DNA of 64,000 nt from Carcharhinus amblyrhynchos (lineage: Eukaryota): NCBI GenBank assembly GCA_965287045.1, contig OZ336879.1, positions 35,774,001-35,838,000 on the forward strand. The letters are read 5' to 3'. Position numbers and translations under genes: made by a program. The notes beneath the pieces were generated by a model that did no database searches, was not told where the DNA came from, and was given only the letters and a program-made list of their open reading frames with translations. Below, piece after piece: positions 33,889-46,410 of this stretch (positions within the stretch are counted from its first letter, which is position 1; each line of letters opens with the position of its first letter).

Positions 33889-36800
33889 GTAGAGTCACAT
33901 TCAAAGCTTGCTGTTATACAGGCATGGAAATAAATATAGCAATGAGTTTCTTCAAAAAAAACTGGAATGCTATCAGTTAAGAGCAAATCTGCAACTATTA
34001 ATTCGTTCGAGACCAGCCCAAAAGAATAAAAATCACAGCATTCACTTATTCACCCAAGAAAATCCAAAAGGAAAGCCGAGCCCTTGTTCAAATTTCTGTG
34101 CTTAGTGGTTTGTATTCTATCAATCATTAGTCTTGTGCGTTAGTCAAGCTCAAGACACAGATCAGCAGTTGATGGGTTTTTACATTTATCAAATTGACTT
34201 ATGGATCACAGATCAAATGTGGTTTTGGTAAAACGACATTTATTTATCTAACATCAGCTTCTCATGACATCTCAAGGACAATACTCCAGCTTTTTAAACA
34301 CACAAAAGGTGGAAATAAATCAAATGTAACATTTAAGCTTGCTGCAACAAGGAGCAGGAAGGACAAGGGCTCCTCCCCCAAAAATCAGTCCTTTGTAAAG
34401 CAGACTGTGGAAAAAGGCCCCATTGAGCTGCACCACTTGTAATCCCTTTTCACTTTTTCCTGATGAATAAAAGAAAACACGTTTCTATTTTCTTTGTGTG
34501 TCCCACAAAATGCACTTCTGTTTGGCCTGTGATGATGTAAAAATAATTTTATAGGGACCGGGACTAGGTGTGGAGTAACTGGATTACATGCTACTGATGA
34601 ATTGCTGAATAGAACATTTTGCTGAAGAATGCTAAAGGAATCTCCACTCTGTTGGCGGCAAAGGAACCAAATTTCTATTCTCTATTTAAGACTGTGGAAG
34701 GCACAAATGAGGACCCTTTCTAGTTTAATGCTTTTTGCTAATTAGCCATGCACCTAATAAAACATCAACTAGCAGTGGATCTAATGTTTTTTCACAACCA
34801 AATTAATTATGATACATTCGAGTGTCAGCAGTACTTTTAATGTGCCTCCTTGAGTTATGACACTTATTAACTATCATAAAATGCATTGGCATTGATCCAA
34901 CATTTTTGCCTTTTTTACACAGTCCCTAAACATTGAGCAAGATGGGACCGTTGTCAGAATACTGCTGCATCTCAAGAGGGGTACTTTAATCGACATCTTC
35001 ATTTAGATAGGAAAAACTTTTGCCAGTCAAATAAAAATGAACACGAAAACTAAAAGAATTAAAGATTTTCCAGCTCTCATATGTTTCGTTATTTTATAAG
35101 ACACCACAGAGCCTTTAACACAGTGGGTCGCTTGACGGGGGTAACTTGATTTGTCTAACTAACAGGAAAGGTCAGTGCCATGTCAAGTTTTATGCAGTCG
35201 TCTTTCTCCATCTGGGAGATTTCCCTTTACTGTTAAACAAAAGCATGGTGGGTGCCTATGAATATTCCTAATGCTGGCAGGTTTTTTTTAAATCAGCTCA
35301 CAAAGACTAACGTTCTACTGGTAAGCATGAGAATATAGTATCCACCTCCCCCACCCCCTTCATCAATAAGGCCACTTATCTGAAATGGAAGCAACAAGCT
35401 CCGCAGTAATTGTCTCACATTATGCCCAGGTCCTTCAAGGACGACAAGGAATTCTTTAAACTCGAGTGTCTCGATTTAATGAGCACAGATTCTAGGGGCT
35501 ATGATTGTCTTCCAAAATACAAGCTTCAAACGTTGCCCATGGCAAAGAGAAAGTGTGTTGAGAAGGACACTTCCCATGCCTGTTACAACACCCTATAGCT
35601 CTCAGGAAGGATCAAATACTAGCAGCAGTTACACACTGACAGTATTTTCACTGTGGCAAAGGAGTTTGGACTTTTGAAATTAAAAGGTAATGTACTTATC
35701 AGCTCAAAACTATTGTTTTGTTTCTTTACAAACAGCGCTGCCTCCCTAAAGGAGAGAGAGGAGCCAAAGTAACCAATCATCTTTTAGAAACATAGTACCC
35801 TGTATAAAGTAATTGTCACAAAAAAAGGAACAGGCAGCACTTTGCCATTTCCAATGCGTTATTTAATCTTTTACATTATAGCTTCAAAATGCAGGAGTGA
35901 AATTAATCCTGATTCCTGATAAATGACCTCAGGCTTCATCTCCAATGCCTTGTCCAACACAGATGGCACTACTTCTCTGCCGATAAGATGCCAGAATTTC
36001 TAGGCTCTTATTCTTTAGATGATACAGTCCAACTTGTCTTGGCTGATGGCTAAACAGGAAAGAGATGCTGTTGTAGATTTAAGATAAGTTCCTTCCAATG
36101 TTACAGTTCATTCTTAGGCTAAAATGACAAGATACAATCATTGTTCCTTTCACACAATGGGTCTGATTTTTAGTTCCACTTTAGATTCTTAGCTGTCGGT
36201 TTGGCTGCTAAATGAAATGCTTCACAGAAACAGCCGCTTTTGAGAAGAAGGGCTGGCAGTGATCATTTGTCCTGCTTCAACCACACCTCCTGCTGGCTGA
36301 CTACAGGCAGCATTAGGATGGGAAATACAGAATTCCATGGCCTACGTTGTTCAATGTTATCAGCAGCGGAGAAGGATTCATGAGGGAGGGAGCCAGCAAC
36401 CATCAAGGTTTAAGCTAAGCATTGTGGTTAAATGCACAAGTTGGCAAATTCTCTAAGCGTGTGATTCTATTATTGTACCAGTAATTTACTCAACAGCATA
36501 TGTGCTGATTGAAAGGAGTACTACATTCTCCACTGTCATCTTTGACATTGCAACAGGAGTCCATTTGAATGTGACAGTATTGATGTGACGGTGGTCATTC
36601 TAACAACCGTGCAAACTACGTTAGCACAAACTGATAGTCAAATTCAGTGCTTGATTCCAAGTCTCCTAGGGAATATTTTTCTCATTAGCAGGAGCCCTGA
36701 TAAGCTTAAGTGAACCACAGCCGAGTTGTTTCTTAGCAGGGGGGTCTTAGACAGACTGTGTGCACTTAGGGCATGTATAAAGATGGAAACCAGTTCTGTC

Positions 36801-37277
36801 TATTTCAATGCCATGCTCTGAAACTCCAAATTGTAACTGTTCATGGACTAGAGTGCACAATCTGAAAGTGTACCTAGTTGCTTCATCAGAATTGTATTAC
36901 AGACACTACAGAATAAAAACTAAGATCTCAAAATCTATTCTGCCCATTTCCTCTCATACACTCAAGTCATCCATAATCCATCATTTCATACTGAGTTAAA
37001 AAATTGACCCAGTTCCGCCTTGAATGATTCTCCTGACTGAACATATATTGATGACCAAAAGTAAAGATAAGGTTACGAGGATTATGTTTTACAAGATAAC
37101 GATTGAAATCATCTCTCTCTCTCTACAGTAAAGACACTGAAATCACGCTGTGGGATACTAATAAATGCTTTATCTTGTTCTGTTTGTTTACAATGAAGGC
37201 AATAACATGTTTAAAAGAAGTGGGTTAATGCATGAATAACAGACACGTTTATTTTGCTGAGTATGTTCAATGTCAAC

Positions 37278-37414
37278 AGGGTGAATTTTCCCATTCCGCC
37301 TGCCACAGGAATTGTAGCGGGCAGGAGGCAAACCATAGAAATGTCCATTGACCTCAGGGAGGGGGGGTGGATTTTCTGGTTTCAGGGCAAGTGTGGCTGG
37401 AAAATCCCACCCTA
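37278..37414. mobile_element. Short MITE
   Basis: Terminal inverted repeats AGGGTGAATTTTCC ... GGAAAATCCCACCCT. Confidence 0.65.
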
Positions 37415-38486
37415 TGTGTTTGTTTCATGTGGTGCAAAATCAAGTCCCAAATATTTATCTTGTGACCAGTTTTGCTATTTTGGAAACAAATGCACAGATT
37501 ATCATTTATAAAAAATACATATACCCAAATTAATTACAGAAGAAAGTGAATCAGAAAATCAAGCTCTCCTTACCCACAGTTTCCCAATTATAAAATGAAT
37601 AGTTGGAAAGCAATGGATCACAAATCCTTGAATTTGATCATCTAGAGCCAGGCATTTCTGAAAATCCATACCTTTAATGCTCTAGAGTCATTTGAATCAG
37701 TAACTTTGTAATCTGATAATGATTTGGGCTTCTACATAGAAATTAAAGACCAGTTGGTCATCAAAGGGTTAATTAGAAAATAATTCTGAAGCATGAAAAT
37801 CAACCAGTTTCAATCCAGTGGTTTTTACTTTTGAAAACCATCCAGTCACAAACACAAGCAATGATATTAATGACCCAATGATTACCCTGTAGACTCCAAT
37901 CAGGCAAAATGTAGCATTTTAAGCGGGAGGTCATCCCTTGGTTAGTCGATGTCTACATTCACTGAGTTAATGCCGACTGACAGTTTGGAATACAACATAA
38001 CTAATGAGAAAACACATCGCTCTCCCGCACAATAGCTGGTTTTAAAACCATGATGTACATGAAGCTATTTGCTTTGACTACAAACAGTCCTCCAGTAAAG
38101 TTAATAAAGTGCCACAGTCAGGTTGTGCCCCACTGATGAACCTTACTGCTTTACAAGGAGAATCTTTTCTCGGTGGGAATCTAGAGTAATTTTCCACTTG
38201 TCTGCTTCAATAAAACATGTGTTTGTCGTGCGTTTTTAGATCAAAGACAACAATATAATGTTTGTACAACACAAACTGCCATTGATATCATGTAGCTGTC
38301 TTTACGTTGTATTTAAACAGATGATGTTTGCATATATCAGAATGTTGCATTGTCATCTTCAGTGGATGACTAAATCAACCACATCTCACTACATCTCTGG
38401 GATATTTCTTCAACTACTGCGAGTGCAGATCTTTTTTTTCAATGTCATCTCTAGGGGTCCTGTCACTCTGATCATTACAGCATTGC

Positions 38487-38886
38487 GGAAAACATATCTG
38501 ATCAAGGTGTATGGTTGGCAATTAAGGTTGTAAAATCCAACTAATTAAGCATGGAGCATTTCCACATATTGTGACACTAGGGGTGGCTGAGTTTGACATC
38601 TCTTTCAATATCTAAAGCTGCAAACTCTGCACTGTTCCATTAAATATATGGTCAATGCTTCAAAATTAACAAAGTTCAACTGGAAAAAATCCATTCAACT
38701 TGTATGTCAACCTGAACAAAACTAAGGATTCCACAAAGAAAAGAAATGAGGAAGTAAAGAAAGCAGAAGGTTGCATCAATTCTCCTCTTCAATCATTTTC
38801 TGCAAGAAATTTATCTGAAGTCTCCAAACTATGTTTCTTATTAGTTCACCTTTGTATCATTAATAAAATGAATGACATCAGCCAAC
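38487..38886 (+). repeat. Left arm of a ~400 bp inverted duplication
   Basis: Reverse complement of 39136-39292 joined to 39789-40025. Confidence 0.92.
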
Positions 38887-38990
38887 AACAGGTAAGGAGT
38901 AATTTTAATTGAAGTCACCTGATGGCAAATTGATATGACCCAGTCGGCCAACTGTTCTACATGTCGTCCAATTTTACTAAGGGTGAAACC

Positions 38991-39118
38991 AGGCGTGAAT
39001 TTTACAGACCCTCCCACCACTGAGATTTTACGGTCCTGCTGAGGTCAATGGAGCTTTGAATGGTTCGTACATTTTCCACCTTTGTCCTTGCTATGACAGG
39101 GCTATAAAATATGGCCCC
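38991..39118. mobile_element. Short MITE in the spacer of the inverted duplication
   Basis: GGCGTGAATTTTAC ... ATAAAATATGGCCC; the internal GAGGTCAATGGA is the reverse complement of part of the 37278 MITE. Confidence 0.55.
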
Positions 39119-39135
39119 AGATGTCATGTGAACAG

Positions 39136-40025
39136 GTTGATTGATGTTATTCGTTTTATTAATGATACAATGGTAAGCTAATAAGAAACATAATTTGGAG
39201 ACTTCAAGTAAATTTCTTCTCACAGAAAATGATTGAAGAAGAGAATTGAGGCAACGTTCTGCTTTCTTTACATCCTCATTTCTTACCTTTGTCTAGGCTG
39301 ATACCGGAGTTGAGGGGGTTGAACTATAAGGAGAGGCTGAATAAACTAGGCTTGTACTCGGAAGAGTTTAGAAGAATGAGGGGAAATCTCATTGAGACAT
39401 AAGATGATGAATGGGGTGGATAAGATAGAGGTGGAGAGACTCTTCCCACTCAGAAAGGACAGTAGGACTAGAGGGCACAGCCTCAAGATAAGGGGGGGGG
39501 GCAGTTTAGAACGGAGTTGAGGAGGAACTTCTTCACTCAAAGGGTGGTGAATCTCTGGAATTCTCGGCCCGTTGAAGTGGTAGAGGCTGCCTCGCTGAAT
39601 ATATTTAAGACGCGGGTAGATAGGTTTTTGATAGGCAAGGGGATTAAGGGTTATGGGGAGAGGGCAGGAAAGTGGAACTGAGCCACGACAGATCAGCCAT
39701 AATCTTATTGAATGGAGGGGCAGGCTCGAGGGGCTGGATGGCCTACTCCTGCTCCTAATTCTTATGTTCTTATGTTCTTATTATGTTATGTGGAATCATT
39801 AGTTTTGTTCAGTTTGACATCCAAGTTGAATGGATTTTTCCAGTTGGACTTTGTTAATTTTGAAGCATTGACCATATATTTAATGGAACAGTGCAGAGCT
39901 TTCACTTTTAGAAAGAGATGTCAAACTCAGCCACCTCTAGTGTCACAATGTGTGGAAATGCTTCATGCTTAATTAGTTGGATCTGACAACCTTAATTGCC
40001 AGCCATACACCTTGATCAGTTTTCC
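39136..40025 (-). repeat. Right arm of the inverted duplication (interrupted by CR1 39293-39788)
   Basis: For example TTTTATTAATGATACAA..CTAATAAGAAACATA..TTGGAGACTTCA pairs with 38815-38870, and GAGATGTCAAACTCAGCCACC.CTAGTGTCACAAT pairs with 38568-38603. Confidence 0.92.
39293..39788 (+). mobile_element. Relatively young 5'-truncated CR1 LINE
   Basis: RLIPELRGLNYKERLNKLGLYSEEFRRMRGNLIET..RNFFTQRVVNLWNS; CpGs retained; (TTCTTATG)n tail. Confidence 0.92.
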
Positions 40026-40844
40026 AGAGTAGTTTAAGTTATGACCAATTTCATCATTCCCTATAAGGCAGGTCTATATTCCACTTTCATTGCGACCCTA
40101 CGCATTTTCTCTAACAGTATTTGTGAATTGTCTAAAACAAAATGGGACTTGATTTTAACTCCTGGGGGTGATGGAAGAGTGAACGTTGAGGGATCAGAAG
40201 CAGGAAGGTTCTGTCAATTTTAGCAGCAGGATCTGATTAAGGTATCACGTACTCATTTGCTGACCAGAAGAGCCAGGGACTTAGCAGGAATCAGTTACCA
40301 ACCTGTTAATGTCGAACATCAGAAGGCTACCAAGGACAGGGGAAAATTGTCCCTGGCACAAGGCAAGTTCTTACAGAGGGCAATCCTGGCTGAGAGGGGC
40401 TGGGAAGCCCAAAATATGAGAGGCTGATAGCTTCCTTACAGCCTCAGGTGGAACATACATGCCTCAAAAACAATAAAAACAGTAAAAACCCAACATTGCT
40501 GTGCCTTTTCCAACTCTGGCTGCCTGCATATGTATTTAATGTAGTGTCTGAGAATGTGCATTGCATGACCTTGCCATTACAACTTACAATTGTTGGCCTG
40601 ATCATGGCAGGAAAGGGATTGATATGTCCCCATTTCATTGTAGTTGCCTGATTTCTGACACTTGGGTGCAAAGTGAGTTAAAATTGACCACCATTTAGCA
40701 TGATTCTGGACAATAACATATCACCACTTAAACTCCAAATGATCAATTTCCACTACAAAATAACGCCAGTAAATTCTATAGATCTCCAAAGGTGTCAGCC
40801 ACAAGAGTCTGCAGGTTTTTATTTGCTTTAGTCATTTTTATCTG

Positions 40845-41210
40845 TTGCTTAGTAGTAGTGGCCTCAGAGTCAGAAGCTGTAGTTTAAATTCCATTCCAGA
40901 GACTTCAATATATAACTCAGACTGGCATTCTAGTTCAGTACTGAGGGAGCGCTGCAATGTCAAAGGTGCCATCTTTTGAAGTCATTGAGCTGACACTCTG
41001 CCCTGCCAGATGAGAGTAAAATAGTCTATGTTCTATTTGAGGAACAACAGGGAGTTCTTCCCTGAACAATCCCTCAACAAATATCACTAAAAAACAGATT
41101 TGATTATTATTTGTGTGCAAATTGGCTACATTATGAGGGTCTACATTTCACTAGCTGTAAAGCACTTCAGAATGCCTGAGGTTGTGAAAGCATAACTGTA
41201 AGTCTTACTT
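40845..41210 (+). mobile_element. Deu-domain SINE, near full length
   Basis: GCCTCAGAGTCAGAAG..CCCATTCCAGAGACTT..GTACTGAGGGAGCGCTGCA..AGGTGCCATCTTT..CAGGGAGTTCT..TGAGGTTGTGAAAG. Confidence 0.75.
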
Positions 41211-42634
41211 TCTATATTTTTATGTACTTTTTTTCATCTGTGCTGGCAGTCCTTAACCTAACGGATGTCACTGAATTTAAAATGTAGCCAGTTACATAAA
41301 AATGTACTTGAGAAACAATTTTACGCTCCAAATAATGCCCACATTCTTTTCATTATCAGTTTTTCATGAACTTCACATTAGTACAGCAGTTTCTACTTAA
41401 AGCTTTCTATCCATGCCTAAAAATATTTCCTGTCATTAGTTCTCCTAAGAAATAAGTATAATTCCTCACATCATATAAAGGCTATTCCTTATCACTGTGC
41501 TGCCTAAATGAGAGCATTTAAATGTTTTGTGCAAGATAGAAGCTTAAAGCCTTATCATGAGCTGTATGTCAAGTGTCTCTTGCTTCAAGCCAAGGCCAGG
41601 ATATCTTTAAAATCATCACTGGAATTGGTTGATTTGGCCTGTGTCCGCTGGGACCCATCAACAAATGAAAGGATAAATGAAAAGTTTTCACCAGTCTCCC
41701 AATTTTAGGATTGGGTTAGCTCTAGGGTTTGGTTTTGTGCAGTCACCAGGTTCCATTAATTAAGTCAGGCACCATCAGACAACCCTTCATACAACACTTC
41801 AAAATGTTACATGTTCTGAATACTGTCATAGCTAGTAATCATCATCCAACTGTAAGTTGAACTAATGAGGTCTACTTGCTGACCAACGTATTTGCATGCT
41901 CCGTCATTTTTAGTCCCAGAGTCAGAAATGTGTCCTGCTAGAGCAATGAAAGGACTGTAAACTAATGAAGGTGCTGTAACTGGAGACTGAGCAAGGCTAG
42001 GAGAAACTCTAAAGGCCAATTTCACAGCCTTGGTAATTTGTGAGCCAAGGACAAACCAGGACTCAGCTTGTTAAATCCAGATTGTTATAAGGTTGTTTCA
42101 TATATAAATTTAGGACTGATTAGGAAAACAGACAGCTCGCCAGCATGGGAATTTATACAAAGCATGACATACAGCTACAGGAGGAGTGTGAGAAGCATTG
42201 CTTATAGGCTATTAATAGACATGCTGTACAAGCAAAATGCTGTGAAGTATACTCATATTCAACTCTTCATTGCTCTATCCTAATTAAAACCGTATAGTTG
42301 CATACTTCATGTTCTACCATGAACGCAAATGTTCATTAAAAGAAGTGGAAAAGAAATTGAACTGCAAGTTTGAAAATGTTGGTAAGTAAATTTTAAAGAT
42401 CGTATCAACATTCTTCTTCAGCTTGTCTTAAATTTCAACAGTAAACACATCCTAAATCATCAAAAGAGTGCCGAACACCTTGATTATATTCTCATACTCT
42501 TATTTTCTCAAATAGCCAAATGGAATTCTTTCTCGTACAGCTGAAAATATTTTGTTCAGATTAAGAGTTGCAAGGATAACTACAGTTGGAATCGGGGCAA
42601 TATATTGCTAGGGTGAAAAAGAAAGAAGTGTCTG

Positions 42635-42958
42635 AGTTTATATAACACCTTTCATGCCATCAGGACATCCCAAAGTATTTTATCATCGAAGAAACACTTT
42701 TGAAGTATAGTCACTGTTGTAGTATATGAAAAGACAGCAGCAAGTTTGCACACACAAGATCCCACAAACCAGAAATCAGATAAATGACCAGATTTTAGTT
42801 TTGTTAAGGATAGATGTTGACCAGGACAATGGGGAGAGGATTCTCCTGCTCTATTATAAATGTTGCCATGAGATCTTTCACCCAAGCGGGCCGATAGAGC
42901 TCGGTTCAATTACTTATCCAAAAGATGGCACTTCTGACATTGCAATACTTCCTCATAC
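42635..42958 (-). mobile_element. Deu-domain SINE
   Basis: CAGGACATCCCAAAG..TTTTGAAGTATAGTCACTGTTGTA..CAAGATCCCACAAAC..CCAGGACA..GATCTTTCACC..AAAGATGGCACTTCTGACA. Confidence 0.75.
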
Positions 42959-42959
42959 C

Positions 42960-43160
42960 CTAGAATTCCTTCTCAATATCCCTCCAACTCCCTCTCTTCC
43001 TTTCGGGCCCTCTGTCAATTTTACCCCGCTGACCAAGTTTTTGCTCACCTCTCCTAACGTCTCCTTCTTTGGCTCAGGTCCATTTCTGTCTCACAGTTTC
43101 GTAAAACTCCTTCGCATGTTTTACAATGTTAAATATGCTATACAAGTGTAGGTTATTGTA
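42960..43160 (+). mobile_element. L2-type LINE 3' end
   Basis: GAATTCCTTC..TGACCAAGTTTTTGCTCACC..TTGGCTCAGGTC..TGTTAAATATGCTATACAAGTG. Confidence 0.6.
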
Positions 43161-44118
43161 TTTAATAAATAAGAATCATTGAGTTTCCATGCAAAGTTTC
43201 CGTCAGCGAGTTAAAATGGGTCAGACAGAGCCAATGGTAAGGTAGGTAATACATGGTTCATGGAAGGAAATGTTTAGTTTAACTTAGCTTGTACCCGACA
43301 TTTTAATATTCTTAGCATTTGTGATCCAAATATCATTCCAAAGTTGATCCTCCAGCAGGGCCTCACCAAGGATTTGAAGAACACTTCTTTGTCAATAATT
43401 TCCGATGTAAGAAATGTGTTGCTCTGGCATTGTTTTATTAATTGCAGCATTGTTTTAGCTTATGGGTAAAATTACTTCTCACCCAATTCTATCTTGAAAT
43501 TGTAAATATTAGTAATGTCAAGATTGTTTTTAAAACTGAAGAAATTAATACTTAACGTTGACATTAGGACTTAATTATTTATTGCTATATATATAATTCC
43601 ATATTTTATTATAGTCAGTTGGTTTTGGTTAAAGATTTCTGATGTTTGAATATTACTTCTCTTTGTGCTCAGTCCCTGTTCACATTGTTTTAAACAGCCA
43701 AGACCTAAGGCAGTAAGTAGACTTCTACTTTAGAATTAGTGGTTAAGTTGTAAACAGAAGAAAATTCTGTTCACATTTTAACAAGGATTGAAATTCAGCA
43801 TGAGGCATTTTTCAGGCAAGACATTCGTTTACACCTTAAGTGATTAACGTGTGGAATAAGCTGCCATCCATCTTGGCCCACTGTGCCTGTTTTATTCCCT
43901 TAGCACATTTGGGTATAAGGTAATGACCTTTTTATTAATTTCCTAAGTTTATATAAACAAAGTGAGCTGTTAACTTAATGTGGATTGCAAAAGGAATATA
44001 ACAGCTTATTTGTAGAATCAGCTGGATGTACACAATGATTTACAGCAATACTGGGAACTGACAGAGGCAGAAAAGTTCAAACGAATGGGGTGGAAAACCA
44101 AACAGCAAAAAAACTATG

Positions 44119-44246
44119 GCTGGAATTCTCTAACCTCACCTGTGGCTGGAATTATCCAGTACCGCTGCTGTGAACAGAGGTTTGGCTCAGTGCCAAAATC
44201 TCCGTTTTCACTGGTAGTCGGACATACGAGGACAGAGAATTCCAGC
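44119..44246. mobile_element. Short MITE
   Basis: Perfect 13 bp terminal inverted repeat GCTGGAATTCTCT ... AGAGAATTCCAGC. Confidence 0.7.
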
Positions 44247-44269
44247 TTTTATCATAAATCTCAAAGGCT

Positions 44270-44460
44270 CCTATTAGTCGAAATACTGAAGAGCAGATGT
44301 GCTTTTCCCAGTGTCCTGGTCAATAATTATCTTCTAATACCCCCAGAAGTCATATTTGCTGGTCATTTGGTTCATTGGTACTTGCCCTTACTGAACACAA
44401 ATTGGCTATCAGGTTTCCGACAATGACTGCACTTCAAATGAACTTCACTGGCTGTGAGGT
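44270..44460 (+). mobile_element. Deu-domain SINE fragment
   Basis: GAAGAGCAG..CCCAGTGTCCTGGTCAATAATTATCT..GCTGGTCATT..CACAAATTGGCT..CACTTCAAA. Confidence 0.55.
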
Positions 44461-44576
44461 GTTTGGGGATGATAATAAAAGATGCAAGTTCTTTCAGGTC
44501 TTTCTTTTTGATTTTTTAAAGTGTTTGTAAATAATTCAAAGTTAGTATGGCAAGATACAAAATTGAGAGTACTTAC

Positions 44577-44860
44577 AAATAATATAATAGTCCTCATATT
44601 TTTTGAATTCCAGTCCCCAGAGGTTAGGGCTAAATTCCTGAAACTTGATGGTAAACTTGACATCTTGATCTGGCTTGTTGCAATTGAGTAATGGTGTGGG
44701 GCTGGGCACAGCATTACAGCTGTCAGCTTGGTCTTTTGACACCAGGTACAGTTTAAAGTATTCATATTGTCCAGTAATCCTCGAATCCACCTTGGGACAA
44801 ATAATGTCCAGTTTGTCTCCTATCTGTGGGTACATCACCAGGCCTTTGCTTGGTAGAAAC
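44577..44860 (-). CDS. efnb2: Ephrin-B2 coding exon 2 (receptor-binding ephrin domain, N-terminal part)
   Basis: Translates [25 protein letters not shown]...[40 protein letters not shown] acceptor at 44861-44862, GTAAGT donor at 44571-44576, 284 bp, ends phase 1. Confidence 0.98.
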
Positions 44861-46089
44861 CTAAAAATGGAAACACAAGAGAAGAACATGTAAATAAGTG
44901 TGTGTTTGCCAAAGAACATATACAAATATTCTGTTTTGCAAAGGATTTTTTTCCCCAAGTTTTTGCAGGAAGCTGGAACTTGATAAGTAACTGGCTGCAA
45001 TAACAACGTACATGGAGGGAATATTAAATGAAAGCAAAGAAAAATATTTTCCATTGAACTCTTTTTGTTGGATAGGGTCCCTTTTAAACCAACAAACCCC
45101 CTCCACCCTAATTTCCCCACTCCAAATAGTTAACTTGTATTTATGCATTTTAAGTTCACTTGTCACGTTAATAACAGTGTTATAAACATAAGCAATTCAA
45201 AAAATAAAATTTGAGAAATATGTTTTTCTTTTCTTCAGTATTATAATTTTACAGATTGCCATTGTGCAAAAGCAAGGTGGTGAAAGCAGATCCTCGAACA
45301 AAAGGCAAAAGTTAAGCTACATTTTGGCGAGGTCTCCTAAGTTAGAATTGAACTGGGGAACACCTTTCAAAACAGTTCCATTCCTTAAAAAGGTTCCACC
45401 CAAAAGGATTTTAGAAATTGGAATAAAGGATATGTTGTGCAATTTATTTTATTCATGAAAGTACATCCTGGTATATGGGCCAGACTTGTCTTGGGAGCAT
45501 TTTTCATAAATTGCACTTTCAGCACTCATATATGTTCACCATTACCAAGCCTTACTTTTAGATATGTTTGCTTGAGTTAATAATTGGAAGCAGCTCCTTA
45601 AACCTTTTGCTATTGGTACAATTTCCTCAAGGTCCAGAGCAAAGTGCCTTTGCTGTATGGAATTATACAATGTTATAAAGGATTTAACCATAGCTGTACA
45701 CAAGAAAAACTCCAGAGCTTGTCAAAGGTTACAACACAAAGGAACATTTTAACCATTAGTCAGCACCCTTAGTCACTTCTTAATCTATTTCTCCTGTAAG
45801 TTTAATTGCATATTAAGCATTTTGAATGTCTCCTAAAGGGATTCATCTTCTCCAATTTAATCATATTCTGTTTTACAGAATGGAGACTAGTAGGAGTGAA
45901 TCACTTCACAATGAGAGGTGTGTTAGTGTTTGTTACTTTCCATACCCTTTACCTTGCACAACAATTGACCGCACTGTGTAGGAATGTATAGGTTTTAGAT
46001 GATCCAATTAAATTATCCCTCTGTGCATGTTCCAGACTACCAGATGATGTTACAGAATTGCCCATTATCTGAACTCTGAATAGTCCCTA

Positions 46090-46410
46090 CCTCTAACTTC
46101 TTCCAGGCCTAGAATCCTCAGATTTCTGCATTCCTCCATGCCTCTTGCATATCTCCAATTTTTATTGCCCCACCATTGTTATGTCTTAAGTTGTTCAAGC
46201 CACAAGTCCTGGGATTTTCTCACTAAACTTCTCTGTATCTCTATATTTCACTCCTTTTCTAAGGTGCTCCTTCAGACCTACTCCTTAGACCAACCTTTGC
46301 TAGTACGTCTTCTGTGACTCAGGGCCAAATTTTGTCTGATGACATTCTGTCAAGCACCTTGGGGCATTTTACATTAAAGATGCTAAGCGAATGGATGGTA
46401 TTGTTGTTGG
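46090..46410 (+). mobile_element. L2-type LINE 3' end
   Basis: CCCCACCATTG..CCTGGGATTTTCTCACTAAACTTCTC..GCTCCTTCAGACCTACTCCTTAGACCAA..AAGCACCTTGGG. Confidence 0.6.

Noticed and set aside
38173-38179. Isolated RBPJ motif GTGGGAA (also 63721-63727)
   Set aside because: A few 7-mers are expected by chance in 64 kb; not supportable without conservation data.
44542-45120. 192 aa ORF as a single-exon protein or extended N-terminus
   Set aside because: Only 44577-44860 is ephrin-like and it has canonical splice sites; the rest is intronic read-through.
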